DNA of 15,283 nt, taken from Candidatus Latescibacterota bacterium. GTDB lineage: Bacteria > Latescibacterota > UBA2968. The notes under the pieces were generated by a model. That model was not told the origin of the DNA and made no database searches. It saw only the letters and a program-made list of their open reading frames with translations. The position numbers were made by a program, and so were the translations under genes. Position 1 is the stretch's first letter. Every line of letters starts with the position of its first letter. The stretch lies in NCBI GenBank assembly GCA_038279365.1, contig JAYODI010000018.1, forward strand, positions 1-15,283, read 5' to 3'. Shown in pieces: positions 15,218 to 15,283 of this stretch.

Positions 15218-15228
15218 AAGACAGAACA

Positions 15229-15283
15229 GACGAATTGACGAATTGACGAATTGACGAATTGACGAATTGACGAATTGACGAAT
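15229..15283. repeat. Perfect octamer tandem repeat (GACGAATT)n, at least 6.9 copies, truncated by the window end
   Basis: Read directly; it starts 11 nt after the sigma factor stop codon. Confidence 0.97.

Overview
Bacterial chromosomal DNA, apparently from a diderm (it encodes a TolC-type outer-membrane factor). Both ends run into short tandem repeats, so the window may be a whole contig broken at repeats. From left to right: an orphan Gln/Thr/Arg-rich protein behind a two-hairpin leader; dxs; a ZIP (ZupT/GufA) metal transporter; and, divergent from it, a thioredoxin-fold gene that the ORF track missed. That gene has an in-frame TGA at the first position of its CxxC motif (W-U-G-W-C), followed by a SECIS-like hairpin, so it is a probable exported selenoprotein. 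A minus-strand heavy-metal operon follows (Cys/His leader ORF, czcC, czcB, czcA, P1B-2 ATPase, His-rich NiCoT/RcnA-like permease), divergent from a SigZ-type ECF sigma factor with a Cys-rich tail. Two highlights stand out. (1) The hidden UxxC selenoprotein. (2) A probable metal-sensing leader-peptide switch: the 83-nt spacer after the leader ORF folds into a long hairpin that begins right after the leader stop codon and buries the czcC Shine-Dalgarno, and the leader's 3' end is C-rich/G-poor like a Rho loading site. All calls come from reading the sequence by eye; no searches or folding programs were run.
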